DNA of 64,000 bases from Phoronis australis (Eukaryota; Animalia; Phoronida). Below the pieces are notes generated by a model that was not told where the DNA came from, did no database searches, and saw only the letters and a list, made by a program, of their open reading frames with translations. Positions within the stretch are counted from its first letter, which is position 1; the number at the start of each line of letters is the position of its first letter. Below are positions 25,401 through 40,000 of the stretch, in pieces. The position numbers and the translations under genes were made by a program. The stretch is from the NCBI GenBank assembly GCA_002633005.1, contig NMRA01000461.1:297411-361410 (forward strand), read 5' to 3'.

Positions 25401-28400
25401 TCCTTACAGCTAATCTCAAAACGGAAGGCGGCCTGGTACCAGAATGCTATATGGCCAAACGCCATCGTTCCCTGGTACTTTGACCCCACTACCACTAGGG
25501 CATTTACATCTGCAACGTCAAAAGCGAAAGTTTGGGAAGCCATCTACCACTGGCAGAACATGACATGTCTACGGTTTCCTTACAGGAACACTGACTCCCA
25601 ATATTTGAAGATAGGGACAGGAACCGGGTAAACAGAATTTGACAGGTTCCATGCATGAAAGATATAAAACAGTTATTGCTGGCTATTTTGGATGTGAAAT
25701 AAGCAAATATGACCACCAGCTACTATGTTGACTTAAAATTATCTCAAATTAAAAGGAATTCCAAATCTGCAGACATGATGAACATGCGGTTATTAGGCGC
25801 AGTGATTTACCTACCAGAAAAAAAACACCCGGGTACTATCACACTTGTTTAGGTTCCCTGCGCTAGTATGCGAAATTGGTATACAAATCTTGTGCTTTGC
25901 TTTTGAAATCTTAGAATGTATTTGTATGTGTTGTATACTTCGTAATGTTATCAACCGAGACATATTCACCAACCCCAACGACCCAACTCACCAATTCACA
26001 GCTTGTATGTGAAGTTCATCTGCTGCTAATCTATCTCGCCTACTGTACAAAAACCAATGTCATGACCGGCATGAAAGTATATGTACAAAGGTAGAAATGA
26101 CTCAAACACAATTCTGCAAGCATCCTGGTTCGCCTCGTTAGCAAGAATCTCGAGTAATGAACTTTTAGAATACTCAATTTTCCAAATATTCACATGTAAC
26201 TACTCGAGAACTCAAACGTGATTTTAGGATATCTCCAAGCAAAGGTAGCGTCGAAAATTTGTGACATATTGTCTATTGCCGGAATTCCAATCCAATATTG
26301 GTAACGTTTTATTTGGCATGGTTTTCGGCCCTTTAGTCATTGATCGTTTGAAATACATTTCTGTAATAATGTTGACAGCGTTTTGAGATATATTCAGAAC
26401 TTTTAATTTAAAACAACGTTGGGAACACCAAAAACATCATTGCAGTGCTGTGCAACCATCTTTAATAAAAACGCATTTGTCTTTCTGAATATAGTTGCAA
26501 TGGGCACTTTTGCAATGACTTACGCCACCTTAACTTTTTATAAGTTTTATATCGCGAATGCTGACAATTTCTTAATTTGAACAACTGGTGAATAAACTTT
26601 AACATACTTTAAATGGACACAGTTGTTCTTTGATAAATTATCGAGTGACTATTGCACAATTATGAGAATCGCTCAACAGAAATGCCAAAACTAGATCAAC
26701 CGCCAGTAGCCGGTATTTAAACAGGTGTAATTGATTCAGTAAAGTCAGCTTACAGAATTACACATAATTGGTCGACCGCTCCTTAACTGGTATAGAATCA
26801 CGAACGTTTGAACTTCAGAAGATACCAATGTGTATGGCAACAAACAGAGGGTAGATATCGAGAGTGAAAACACGGAATCTTGTAAAGCAGATATGTGTTT
26901 TGTTTAAATCCTTGTGGCTTTTCCCAAGTTTCCATCAAGGCAAAAATCGTTAGCTGGAGACCACAGTACAAATTAGTAAAATCCAAGGGAAGTCAATAGG
27001 AAATGTAAAACGGATGTCATGTACTACATTATGTGCATTTGACGCACGGCACACGATTTGAAGGCTGGCATAAGAAATCACTGCAATGAATACGAGAAAT
27101 GTGTACAAAAATCTGACACCTTAAAAAAAGTAAGTAATGGGGAACCACACGTTAACACTCCACAAAATGCAACCGGAATTTCGCAGCTGAGCTTTCTTGA
27201 ACCGAAAATCGATTTAGCATGGGCGGCGCACCATATAGAACTGTGGGGACTATAGCCCCAAACTTTTTTCAGTACTGCGCTGCCCATGGCCCATAGGCGG
27301 TGCACCACAGAGGGGCTGGGGAGGCTTTAGCTCCCACTTTTTTCAGTGCTGAGCCGCGCATGATTAGCCATGTTGCTTCGATGAAATTGGTCTCGTGTAA
27401 GTCGTTACCGTGATCGGATTCCGAACCGCTTATCAACTGAAATCGTAAATAATAGGTGCGCTCACCAATTTCGAAACCTATGTTAGAGTCAGCAGACACC
27501 AATAAAGTTTGAAACGTTTTGTCAGTCACTGCAGGTTTGGCGTTCTCTTCGGTGATGATAACGGAATTCTTTAACGAAGGAATAATATAATGCAGTTTTT
27601 AGGAAATTACAAGCCTGAATCGACATTGTTTATTTGCAAGCTAATCACGGCGACATGGTCCTTTATTTTTGCCTTTGCTGTAATGAACGTTTGCTAGTAA
27701 ATGTTTAATTTTATTTAACGCAGATTTGTTCACTAAGATAGTACACGTCATCAAAATCCCGCACCGTTTAACTACGTGTGTTCTGTAGGTATTTGTGAAA
27801 ATGTAGAATTGAAAACGGTCAGAACACAACTTTCTGTATTCTCACAGCAGAAATTTCTGTGTCACCAGGAATCTTGTCTTACTCATGTTGTTCTTTTTTA
27901 GATGCAGTTCGTTTGTAGGACGCCAGTACAACCCACAGAACTTGAATTTGAAAGAATTTGGTTGTATAACCGTGAGTACCATATACACTTTAACACTTGT
28001 TCGTTTATAACAATTAACTAATCTTCAAAAATTCACGAATTGTTTTACATGTTGAGAAATCGGACACAATCTTATAGGGGAAGTTCATAACGGTGCCTTT
28101 TGTCTAGGATTTTTATTGATTGCAGGTATCTAATAATTGAGTAACAATCCCCCCAAATGCATGTATACCCAAATGCGGTAAAGAGCATACTTTGGTCCTT
28201 CATTAAAGAAGTGTGATATTTCTCCGTCATTTCAAGGCAAAGGTACCATGTATTCAAGGTATCTTGCACAACAGTGACGTAATTATACTTCCAGTTAGGA
28301 ATCATTGCACACGAAATAGGACACGCAATTGGGTTCTACCACGAGCAATCGAGGAAAGACAGGGACGATTTTGTAGAAATTCTCTGGGAAAACATTCCCG

Positions 28401-31400
28401 AAGAAAAGAAATATAACTTCAACAAGGTCCCCACTTTAGTTTCCGTTGAGTACGACCTTGAGAGCATAATGCATTACGGGTTAAAGGTAAGTACTGTGTG
28501 TAGAAGATAGCTAATTGTATACTCAATCCCATATATTATGAGTGCAAATGACAACCTGTGTTGCCTATTCCATTTTGTTGAGTACACGATTTGAGAAGGT
28601 GCTACAACTAAAGCTGCAGAGAACTATTTTGACAAAACGCTTTCGGAGACAGCCCCCCCGTACTGCGATGTTGGCTCTCTTTCCTGTTCTCTGTATTAAG
28701 CCACCTAGCCACCTCGCTCCTTTTAAGCAGCGATTACATGTACGAAAAAATGCGAGTCAAATGTGATTCCAAATGACGATTGTCGCTTGTACACTGTGAC
28801 ACTAAGTGAAAACTGCGACAGGCTTTAATAACCAGAACGATTTTTCAAACTCCTGTGTTTCGACAGTTTCTTACTTGTGATCTTAATTTTCAGTAAAAAA
28901 GTTATTGTAACCTGAGCATCTTTGCGCAAGACTCGGCCGTAGGTACGTTCGCTTGGGGTGGTCATGTTGTTCTTCATTAATCTTGATATTTCAGGCATTT
29001 TCGAAGAATGGTCAACCAACAATAGGAGTAAAGCGACAGGAGTTGTCCTTTTTAGCCGGAAACCGTCGTGGTCTGACGTTTTACGACGCAAAACTGGCCA
29101 ATCTCCTTTACAATTGCAAAGGTCTGTTTATCTGAGTCTGAAACATTAAAATATAATTAAATAAAATCCTTTATTTTAATAACCTAGTGTGTAAAGGCGT
29201 CCTCCATTAAAATAAAAAATAGTGCATATTATATAATATTTCGATTACATCTTTTCTCTGAAATTAAGTTTAATTTTCAGGATTGTTTTTACTTTCTGGT
29301 CCTTTTAGGGGATTGCAGTAACACGTGCCACAATCATGGATACCCTTTCAAGACCCCTAACAATCAGTGCGTGTGTAAATGCCCTGTGCACTTGAGTGGT
29401 GACTGCAACAGACTGGATACCGGCACGACAGGTACTAGCTGAAATGAAATCCCTTCTGTCGCCGAGACGGAACATGTGCTATGTGTTTGACTTAGAAGTA
29501 TACAGGGAGGGAGGAAAGAAGGGAGCGAGGGAGAAAGGGAGGGTGAGAGAGAAAGTGAGAGATGGAGTGGGGGGGACAAGGGTACATTGTAGTTGCGAAG
29601 GAGAGGGAAAGACTGGGGAGCAAAACGGCGGCAGTACACGATTGGTTGGCAACGAATAAGACGGGCCATTAATACCCCACTACAGTCAGTAAACCACACA
29701 AACACACGCACACACCTACGCGCACACACGTACACAGGCGTGTATAGGACCACGCACAGGTACACGCAAGTACGCAACGTTTACATGGTAAGTGCAGTAT
29801 TGTATACCGATACAAAGCCCTTCAGTAAAATTCCGTGCAACAGGTTGCTTATCAAGCAATAGATTAAAAGCGGTATGTACTGTGAATTCAATGTATTCAT
29901 CTACTTTACAACTGTAAAAAAGATAGAACCTGTCAATATACGACACAATTAAGCCCCTCTCCTTACAGAAGCAAACCGGTGACCACGCTAACTGTTCGTA
30001 GATTGGCACAACAATCTAAAAGATTGCATTGCATGCTGTGTATTCCCACTACTACTTGGACATGTGGAAGCGCGTTACCAGATAGAACACTCTTGGGAGT
30101 CCAATGGAGACAGTATGAATAAATTTTGACAGTATTCCTAAAGTGTGTGTGTATTTTATGACAACGATTGACTTCATATTTACGCAGGATGCTCTTGCAT
30201 TGCTAATTGCTGGAATGTCATACAAAAAGTGCCTATCTTGAACTAAAATCTGTGTTCTGTTTTCAACGCAAATTGTGTATGTCAGGACAAAGCTATGATT
30301 AACATCTCCCTTAATGTTTATTTCAGTAAAGTGTTCAGCTTGCTTGCAGAACTTACTGTATGTTATGCCAACTTTTACATAATATAGTGTGCGACGTTTA
30401 CTTTTCATAAGGAATATGTTTAGGAAAGAAAAGCGACGTATTGGAAAAAATTGCTGTAGTACATTCCATTAAAATACTGGAAAACAATGTTTTAAACAAG
30501 CATTTTTTATATATTTACTAATATTGTTACGAATGGTGGTATTTGAACATCTCGGTTCATAAATACTTTTCCCTCTACTAAGTCTGTAAATGACAAGCAC
30601 AACATTTAACCGTATCTGAACATACCTGCTGCTTCGGCAGCACATCCAAACGCAACTCGTGTAGTGGAATGTCTTCCGAACATCAAACTCTGTCACAGCA
30701 CCCTTTGCGCGCGACCGGGGATCCATACGGGTTTCTTCTGTGTGGCAATTAGCAGGTTTTTGACTTCAACTGTATGTTCCAACCCGTGTACAATACCTGA
30801 AACTTAAAGACTACAATGGGTTAATGACTTGTACAAAGTATACCGAAACTGATTCCATCCTCTACGTTGTTCCATTGCCGAATTGCTGACGGCTACATAA
30901 CAGCTGAGGAAAATGCAACTCCAAAATCACCAGTTGAATGCTATCATTATGAACTGGAAGACAATATATATTCAGCCCGTCAAAATTCTCTAAAATACAG
31001 AAATCGGGTAAAAGAAGGTGTTTACTAGCAAGGTTTCTCACAAATAAAAAGTTTCGTAAGGATATATAAATTTGCAGCTAAATTTCAACTTCCCAGTCTG
31101 AAGCAGCAAAGTTTTACGTAATGTCTCAACTCTGAACAAACAAAAAAATACGGAACCAACATCTGGCAATCTTTTTTTAGAACAGACTCTAAAGTGTACA
31201 TGTAGCAAAGGCAATCCGTGGCCTTCACAAAGAGCATAAGACTTTAAGGGCCCAAACAACCCAGCAGGCGCTGGTTCCTAATGATTTTGAAGGGCGGTCT
31301 TGATTAAAAAAACTACTAATAGACACCAAAGGTTTCGAAGACGCCTTTTCATTTGGGACGCATTTCGTGTATTCTGCGACGCTCACTGGTCTTTTTATCA

Positions 31401-34400
31401 TTTGTGGCGTTCTGGCGTCCGTCTTTCTATTTGACAAACCGGTTTCAAATCAGTCTCGGCTGAGAAGACCATGACTGACGGTGATTAGTTTCAGACTGTC
31501 GCGTCCTTAAAAGACATTTTTCATGTTTTGAATCAAAAGTTGCAACTACATGTATTTTGGCATGTTTGTTGTGAATGTGACAACGTAAACTGCGACTTTT
31601 GGAGGACTCGGTATCCTGCTACAGTATGACGCCAGGTGTAACGTTTACCATTTTATATTGAGAGTTGGTGTTCTGTTTACCAGAACAAGCGTTTAATGCA
31701 TGTATGTTTCTATAATGGCGACATTAGTTACTTTTAATTTTCCAACAATTTGTACGCCTTCTTTGGGACATTGTTTAAGTATTGTTAGGAGGCTCATTAT
31801 TACTAACAATAATAGGACTGACGTTGATTATTGAACAAAACTGACATCTTTGTTAAGTTGACAAGAGTACATGTATCACTTTAATGTCCAATTATTTCAT
31901 AGAAGTCCAACTACCAGGGTGCCTTCTACTGGCCACTTGCAGTTTTACAGACATCCACGACGAATTTTTATGAATTCTGGCAAATAATTCCTTATTAGGG
32001 ACGTACGATGCCCGTTCAATTTTCCTATGAACTTCAATTATTCTGAACATCTAGTATCAATTCTTTGATTATAACAGAATTGCGGAAAGTCTTCACCTTT
32101 ACTATCACTTACACATGATCTGTATTAAGTTGCCGTAATTGAACTCCGATAAACCGGATTGTGTCTCTTAGGGAACCTAACAAATATCATATTATGAAAG
32201 TATTTTCATTTTTTCTCGGATCTCAGAAGAATGGTTCATTACGTGTTGTTCCACCTTATTAAAACGATACAGAACCCCCGTCTGGCCTACTATCACAGAT
32301 GAAAACACCTGGTGTAACCAATTATCTGAAAGACTTAAAGATCCCTTGGAGGAAGTTTTAAATACTCGCTTCAAAGTTTGCTACCGACAAGAGTGACCTA
32401 GCTTTCAGCGATTTGCATGGCTACTGTAGGGAACGACCATCCACAAAGAACCCTAGTTTGCAATCTCGGACATAGAGAGTGCGAGTTTTCAGCTGATTCT
32501 TGCTTGACTCGCTGAAGACCGACGCAAGATGAAGGATGCGTTAAAAGAAGACAGAACTACATGTACACTGTAGGAATGGCTTAAATCATCAAAGCAGAGT
32601 TCAGTATATGTTTAAGTGTAATAATAAGGTCAGGTCATTTGTTCCGTTGAAAGCATCATAAGGGACGAACCTATAAGAATCGATCACGAATGCACTGTCC
32701 TTTGATAAATATTGAATAATTCGTGCCTGTTAGGTCTCAAGAAATTACAGTGGAAATTCATTTTATGTACAAGTGTAATAAACTGTTTTACAACTCGGCA
32801 CCTGGCACTGGTTCTAACGGCCATCAGTTCGAGCAAATAACTCTAGCCCTGAAATACCATCTCCTGCACCTGACTAATGCATTTTATTAGTAGTATTTGC
32901 GTCCCGAGACCATCGGCGAACGTTTGTACTCAGGATTTTCCGCTGCCTGTTCGATTGAGTTTTGATTGAGTATTTGAAGCTTTGAAAGCATGCCAAATTC
33001 CAGTGTTTCATGTTCATTTTGTTAGTATTGTTTATCAAGCTAGACTCTTGAGGTGCGGGTCTGTACAATCGGCGATTTCTCAGCAAGTTAAAGCGACTCA
33101 TAAACCCTACAGTTTCACTAGTTATTCTTTATAAGCAACGACCTTTGGACCTGGGTGAATTCCGGGATTAGTTTGGTCTCTGATATCTTTTCAGCTTTAG
33201 TCAGTCGTAAAACAACTTTCGAAATGTTCTTCTCCATGCCTACACATTTTCAACAACACATTTTGGGTGTTGAAATCATTTTACTGTATTTTACGGAAGA
33301 AGTTACATTTGGCCGAAACGAAAAGTCTAGACCCCTAAACGAGGTGTGTTCACGTAATTTTCAAACAGCTACTTAGCTAGATGCATGTGTGAGTATGCAT
33401 GTGTATTAGTGCTGTTTCAAATGTTTCTGTCATGATTCGTTTGTGCTTTGATTACCAGTTGTTCAGATGCCGTCGATTTCTGAGCAGACATATTGTTGTC
33501 TGTATTATTTTCCTATCTTCGTGAAATAACCAATAGACAGTTCTCGTATTAAAAGAACGTAATCCAGTAGTTTTTGCTGTTAACGGGGTCGTGGGTATTT
33601 ACAAACTGCCCTGTTCTTTGCGAACTGTGCAATTTTCAGCCATACCGCCACACAATCGGAAGTCCCACTTTCTGACGCACTCACGAATTGACATAATGCC
33701 AGATACTAGCAAAATTTCCCAAACAAAATATTCTTATTTTTCGCTCAGCCTAAAAATCGGGGAATATCATGGGCATTTGCGACACCCGCAATTTCCCATA
33801 CAGTTAACAAAGGAAAAAAGTACCTGTATGTTATTTCGTTTGTTCCATGTACGTCTCCGACAAAAAATGTTCGGTACGACATTGAGTGTTGCAGCGAACA
33901 TTTCACTCATACGTTTTGGCTTAGACGCAAATGTTTATCATGAACACCCGCTTTTCTATCCAGCTGTTCATTTTCTACCTTCTCGAATGTTGGCCATGGC
34001 AAACATCCAACAGATGTCCAAAATAACAGTGTAGCTTTTATTCTTATTCTCCAGGTTCCATTTTCGTTAGTAACCTCACTCTTGTAGAATGTGTCACGAT
34101 ACCTCTTGCTGATGGGAACATACACCACAAGCATCAGAATCACTTACTTTTACTTCCTGAAGAAAAATGTTTCTCTTTGAACTTATATAGGTTGTCTTCC
34201 ACCGCTACCAATGTAATGAGCTATCCATAGTGCATGTACAATTCAAAATTCCTGATATATCATGTTTGACCATACTTTATAAATCAGAAAATAATTATAT
34301 GCAAATTTTATATAGATACTTCGAGTAGATTATCTCATTTTCGCCACTGCATTATGAACTTATACTGAAGACTGTAGTTGTATGAAACGGCACCAAAAGT

Positions 34401-37001
34401 CCAGTTAATTATTCTGTATGATGACTCTGCACGTCAGCGAGCAACTGATCCACCTTAATTGATGCATTAGTGACAGCGTTCAAATTCATGGCGGTTCAAC
34501 CAATTGCCGATCAAATTCTATTGATCCCATGGATTTGACCCAAAATGCACCGGATCGCCCCAAAAAGGGTCAAGCAGTGCGTTCCGTCGAGTTGCTTCTC
34601 ATTCTACAGATTATCGATAGATTCTTCGAATTTTGATAGCAAGAAGGCACAAGAGATGTGCATCCCAAATTTACTTGGATTTCCAATCGGATCAAAGGAA
34701 CCGAGTTTCGGGGTCAAAGGTCATTAAGTGCAAAAGTGATTTTTGAACTTGAGGTTTCATAATCATGCAATCATAAAAGAAGTTTAGTCATAAACTTTGG
34801 GGTCACTAGGGGCAACTTTGGGGTTACTAGGTGCAGTTTTTGATTTTTTAATCAGCTTGTACTTAAATGGTGCATAAGGAAGAGCGTTCAAATTCATGGT
34901 GGTTCAATCAATTGCTGATCAAAGTCTATTGATAATACGTGTATGACCCAAAATGCCCTATAGGGATGCAAGAGGGTCAACTAGTGGAACTTTTGGTGTC
35001 ATTAGGTGCAACTGTGTGGTCATTAGGTGCAGTTTTCCTTTGATATTCTTACTCTTTAGTCTAGCTCTTTCATAGTTACCAGGGACATATCTCTCTTTCA
35101 CACAAACGATACAACTTCTATGCAAAGTAATGTTCCTATACTTCACTATGCACATGCATACACCACGCGCAATCAATGGCGTTCTAGTTCTTATTCTTAT
35201 TCTTCTTGTTCTTCGTCCGACCAATTTTGACACTTAATAACTCCAAATTGGGTGCAGGTACCTTCTTTAAATTCAGCATATGATTTTTGACAGTACATGA
35301 ATTTTGATTCGTTATCTAATCATTTTCCATAATGCACCAGAAGAGGTCGTTTGGTGTAAAAGTCATATAATGTTCAAAATGCTACACTTTCTTCAGTTTT
35401 AAAGCTATCTTTTTCAAATTTGGTGCACAGGTATAAGTCAACAACACAATATAAAAATTACTTTTCTAAGTAATCGAATCATCCAATCAGACAAAACAGG
35501 TCAAAGTTCATTGGGTCAAAACTAAAATTTTGAGCTAGACACTTCAAATTCACAAGTCTGATTAGTACTTCTACTTCATTTCGAAATACAAAGTTTCAGG
35601 TCAGTAAAGGGAGACATGGGGTCATTAGGTGCATTTTTCTTCAGAAAATTTTTCCTTTTCATTCACCAAGTATTTGATGTTTCAACCGTTAGACAGCTGT
35701 GATTCTCAGCATGAAACACACTTTTCACGAGCTTCGCAATAATTCTCCTAAAGACGCTTATAATGCACCGGATAGGGTCAATTAGTGCAAATGTCGTCTA
35801 ACGTTCAAAATGTGACATCTAACGTTATTCAAGGAATTCTTTTCAATTTCAGCACATTGGTGTAAGTCAACATACAAATTGAGCATCCCACTTTACTACC
35901 CATTAAGTCTAACCAATCAGAAAAAATAGGTCAAAGGTCATTGAGTGTAAACTAAAATTTTGAGCTAGAATCTTCAAATTACACATCTGTTTAGTAAATG
36001 CAATTGAGTTTGATATCTAAATTTTCAGGTCATTTGGTGCACTCATGGAGTCATTATGTGCATTTTCTTTCTGAAAAATTGACCAAATCCGTCATCTTGT
36101 ATTCTGAAAGGCTAAAGTAAAACATCTATGATTTTTAGCAGTAACCACACTTTTAATCGAGTTTACAATTATTTCCTGATCGGGGTTCATATTGCACCGG
36201 AAGAGGTAATTAGTGGAAAGGTCATCAAAATATTCACATGTAATTTCTCCAACAATGTTAAAGAATTCCTTTCATAATGGTAAACGGGTTGCTGTCGCAA
36301 ACTTCCCAGAACAATTCCAGTAATGCGCACGCGCAGCGTCCGTTATTCTTCCGCCGTGACAATAATCATTCTAGTTGATAGTTTACTATACCCTGTATTA
36401 CAGATTGCGGCGGCGTCTACGACTTGAATGCTGCTAACCCGACTGTGACCATAAAGAGCCCGAACTTTCCAAACAACTACAATTTGAACAAACTCTGTGT
36501 GTATGTCATAAAGGTATGTCTTTTTACGAATTAAGCGAAGTTCATTTTGTAAAATTTGTAGGAAACCGTTCACTCGTAGGATATAAGACGTTTACATGTA
36601 TATTTCTAGCCGACCTGTGGTGAGAAGAAATATGAAATTGTTTGCCATAAATTTCAAGAAGTTTCAAGGGTTTCTTAAATTGTTTTCACTCGCGTCGGTT
36701 GAATCTCATATGTGCACCTAGCCTAAAATGTGTGGGTGCTCTAATGTTTCTGTATGCAGACCTTTTCCTGAAAATAGGAATCGAGGGCTGAAAAACGGAG
36801 TACTAGGTTCAGACCCATGAACTGTGTGCTCGCGCCGAGTTCCTGTGGACTTTTGTCTCCTTTTCTTGGACTTTTTTACTCATGCGGACATTTTGCTCAC
36901 TTCACCAAATGGCGCAGCTCGTTCTAGGCCTTCGGCCCCCGCCCATGGGTGCGCGCGTGAATCTTACTAAACTTTGTGTCTATTGCGTGTGTATGTGTGT
37001 T

Positions 37002-37046
<45 letters not shown>

Positions 37047-40000
37047 CGCGCGTGTGTGTGTTTTACAATAATACATGTAACTCTTTGGACGAAGACAGCA
37101 ACCTGTTTACCATTTTCACTACAAAAATGCTTGATAAGCGAATCTGTGAAATTGATTTTCTTCCTCTTTCTCCAGTTGATAAGCAGTGGCAACGGAAATC
37201 CCAAACGAAAACGTTTGAGTCTGGCAAACCTCCAGGTTAATGAGGAAAGCCGTTACGCGACAGGGGTTTACAATTATTTTTTGGAATTCTTGACAAATAT
37301 TTTTCTGAGATTTCATTAGATGACGCAGTGACAGCTGTTGTTTTACCCTACATGTTGGACATATTTTTATCCCCAGGGTTACCTGCACAGAAACAATTTC
37401 GCAGTCGAGGTATACCATGAGCCGCAGCTATCTACGTACAAACTGTACAAGTACTCTTCCGGATAATTTCTTACAAATGGCACACTTAATATATTTCAAG
37501 ATCACTCAATTTGGAAACATTGATTTATTACAACCTCAGGCCATTTGTGGAGGTTCGAATAAGAACATTGTACATTCGGAAACTTCGTTATTACAGGTGT
37601 TACATACACGACTTTCTCAGTTCGTAAATGTCAATGGATATCGCAAACTGTAACGTATTTTGCACGTGTTCTACTTCACAGTCGTGCAAATTATGATTAC
37701 GGACAGCTCAATTAGCTTGCAGGAGCTTGCTAAACCTTTCGTGATCAACCCAATTGCATTGGCCATTTTTTGAATTTACCGGTCAATTCATTCTACAATA
37801 GAGCAACGAATTAAGTTCGAAGCCTTAAAAACGAGAATGCACCCCTGTTTAAATGGCGTTTTTGTCTCAAAATGAACCGTAATACTGACAAGCACTCGAT
37901 CACCAATTTACTTGTTTTAGGCACCTGACACCGCCGGAAGTGGCATAGAACTGAAATTCTCGGACTTTGATGTGACTGGCTCATCTACCAGATGCAACCA
38001 CTTTGTGCAGATCAACGCAAATCTGATTGGTCAGAAGGGAGTCAAGTGAGTGGACAACTGAACTGCATGTTTTGGAAAATTTACAACTCACAAATGTATA
38101 CAGATCTCTTGTAATAGTGCTGTCCCAGATTACAAAGCGGTCCCTCAAATGCCTGATTTTCGTGCCATTTGGGTTTAACGTGTTATTTGTTGTTGTCTGA
38201 CTCATCAGTTTAAGGGACTGCATTACTATATTTGTCCTTCTGATACCGTTGTGCTGTGGGCTGAAACTCCAATGGGAGAAAATTAAATAAACTGGGCAAA
38301 TACCCAGTGATGCGTGATTCGAAATTCTTCGATTTCCCGATATCATTGAGAGACACTGACTTTCAAAACGAGGTCACACGTTTTCTCATCCCAGGAAAAA
38401 CGGGAGTTCTATCACCGTGCAACCCGGTACGACCCTATTGCATCCAAGTTCTTCAATATCGCTACCGCATTTGACCGGTTGTTTGTTGAATTTCTATCCG
38501 TGTGCAGTCCACTGATTACGCGGTAACATAAATGTACGCCTTGAGTGGAAAAACCTAACACTACATGTAATTGGCATGTTTCTACAGGTTTACACACAAT
38601 TTGATACTAAAAATTCGGAGCGTACGTCCGCCACGTACGTCCGTCACACTAACTCAACACATATGAGTCTGTCTGACAAAAACTTTCTTAAAAGATATCA
38701 TCGAAACTTAGTGTGTTGTACTTTGCAAAGATTCCACTAAATCATCATACAAACGTGAAGTTGTAACTTAATGCAGCTCACAGAAAACTAACGTTATATT
38801 TTAATTAAATTTTTTTTGCGTACGTCCGCCACACCCCTTTAAAATAGATTTTCTCGTTCGTATCAAAAAATAGGGAAAAAAGCTGATACACGCTTAGAAA
38901 GCTGTATAAGAGATTTATGAATTGATGTATTATTTTCCTAGGATGATCATTTTGTGGCATTCGATCGAACTATTCTCTGATTATACATTGTATGTCCGTC
39001 ACAAATGGAATTGCCCTTAAATGTATCGATTACTTCCTACAGAACTTCCATGTTAATGTACCGTGCCTATAATGCAATGTGATTGGCACCTTTTAAACAG
39101 ATATTGCGGTAGTTTTGGTGGAGCACCACAGGGCGTCAGCACCTTCCTGGACCACAACTCTACTGAAATGATGGTGATATTTAACACCAAGGACACTACT
39201 GTTGGTGCCAACAAAGGGTTCATGTTCACTGCGAAATTTGTTGGTGCAAGTGGTAAGGGATTGATTAGTCGCTGCATGCAGCAACACATTTGTCAATACT
39301 TTGTCGCGAACAGTTACATTTCCGAACCATGTTTGTGCATGTCCGGCGCTATTTACTCAACAAGTCGGCTACTGTAAATAACCTGATGTTGCTTATTTGA
39401 CCACCAATTTGGAAAAACAAGGTGAGTTACCCCACAAACACTCAACAGTCATTGGTTGGCGATTGTTAAAGATCGTCTGGATAGATCAAACTTCGTTAAA
39501 AATGAATTGCTGTTTATCCAATATTTCACTTAGAATACTTGATACGGAATTTATACCATGAAGCAAAAGAAAAAACAAATTAGCAGAACGCCCTCAGAAA
39601 CAAATTCAGTCGCGTGGAAATCTGTTCATTGACTATGTGGGCCTTCCTATGGTCAAATGTTACACACTTGTCATTCAAATTGAATTAATAGCTTTGTTTA
39701 CTTTCTTCCCACAATTCACAATCCATTCATTCTTCGAGTGACAAATAACTGTGTTGACGAGGGATAAATATCATAGAAAAATGCTGCATAACGTATTTTG
39801 AACCCGAATGAGTTCTATGTCTGTATACGTACGACTGTTGATAACGTTAGGAAGAATGCACGGCATCTGGGATATTACAAGAGAACACAGTTGTGAAAAA
39901 AGAAAAACCCTCATCAAAATTCACTCATTTCACCAGTGATCCGATGTTTTGCTACTTTGATTTCTGTGCCCATTTAACCGAGGACTCTCGATTTCTATTC

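Noticed and set aside
29364-30009. Several overlapping ORFs of 87-137 aa
   Set aside because: They arise from GA-rich and CA-rich low-complexity tracts and have no protein motifs.
33533-34143. AATAGACAG ISL2EU-like end and neighbouring ORFs
   Set aside because: No partner TIR or recognisable protein motif was found.
36882-37418. ORFs with VCVC/HTHT runs
   Set aside because: They are translations of the (GT)n microsatellite.
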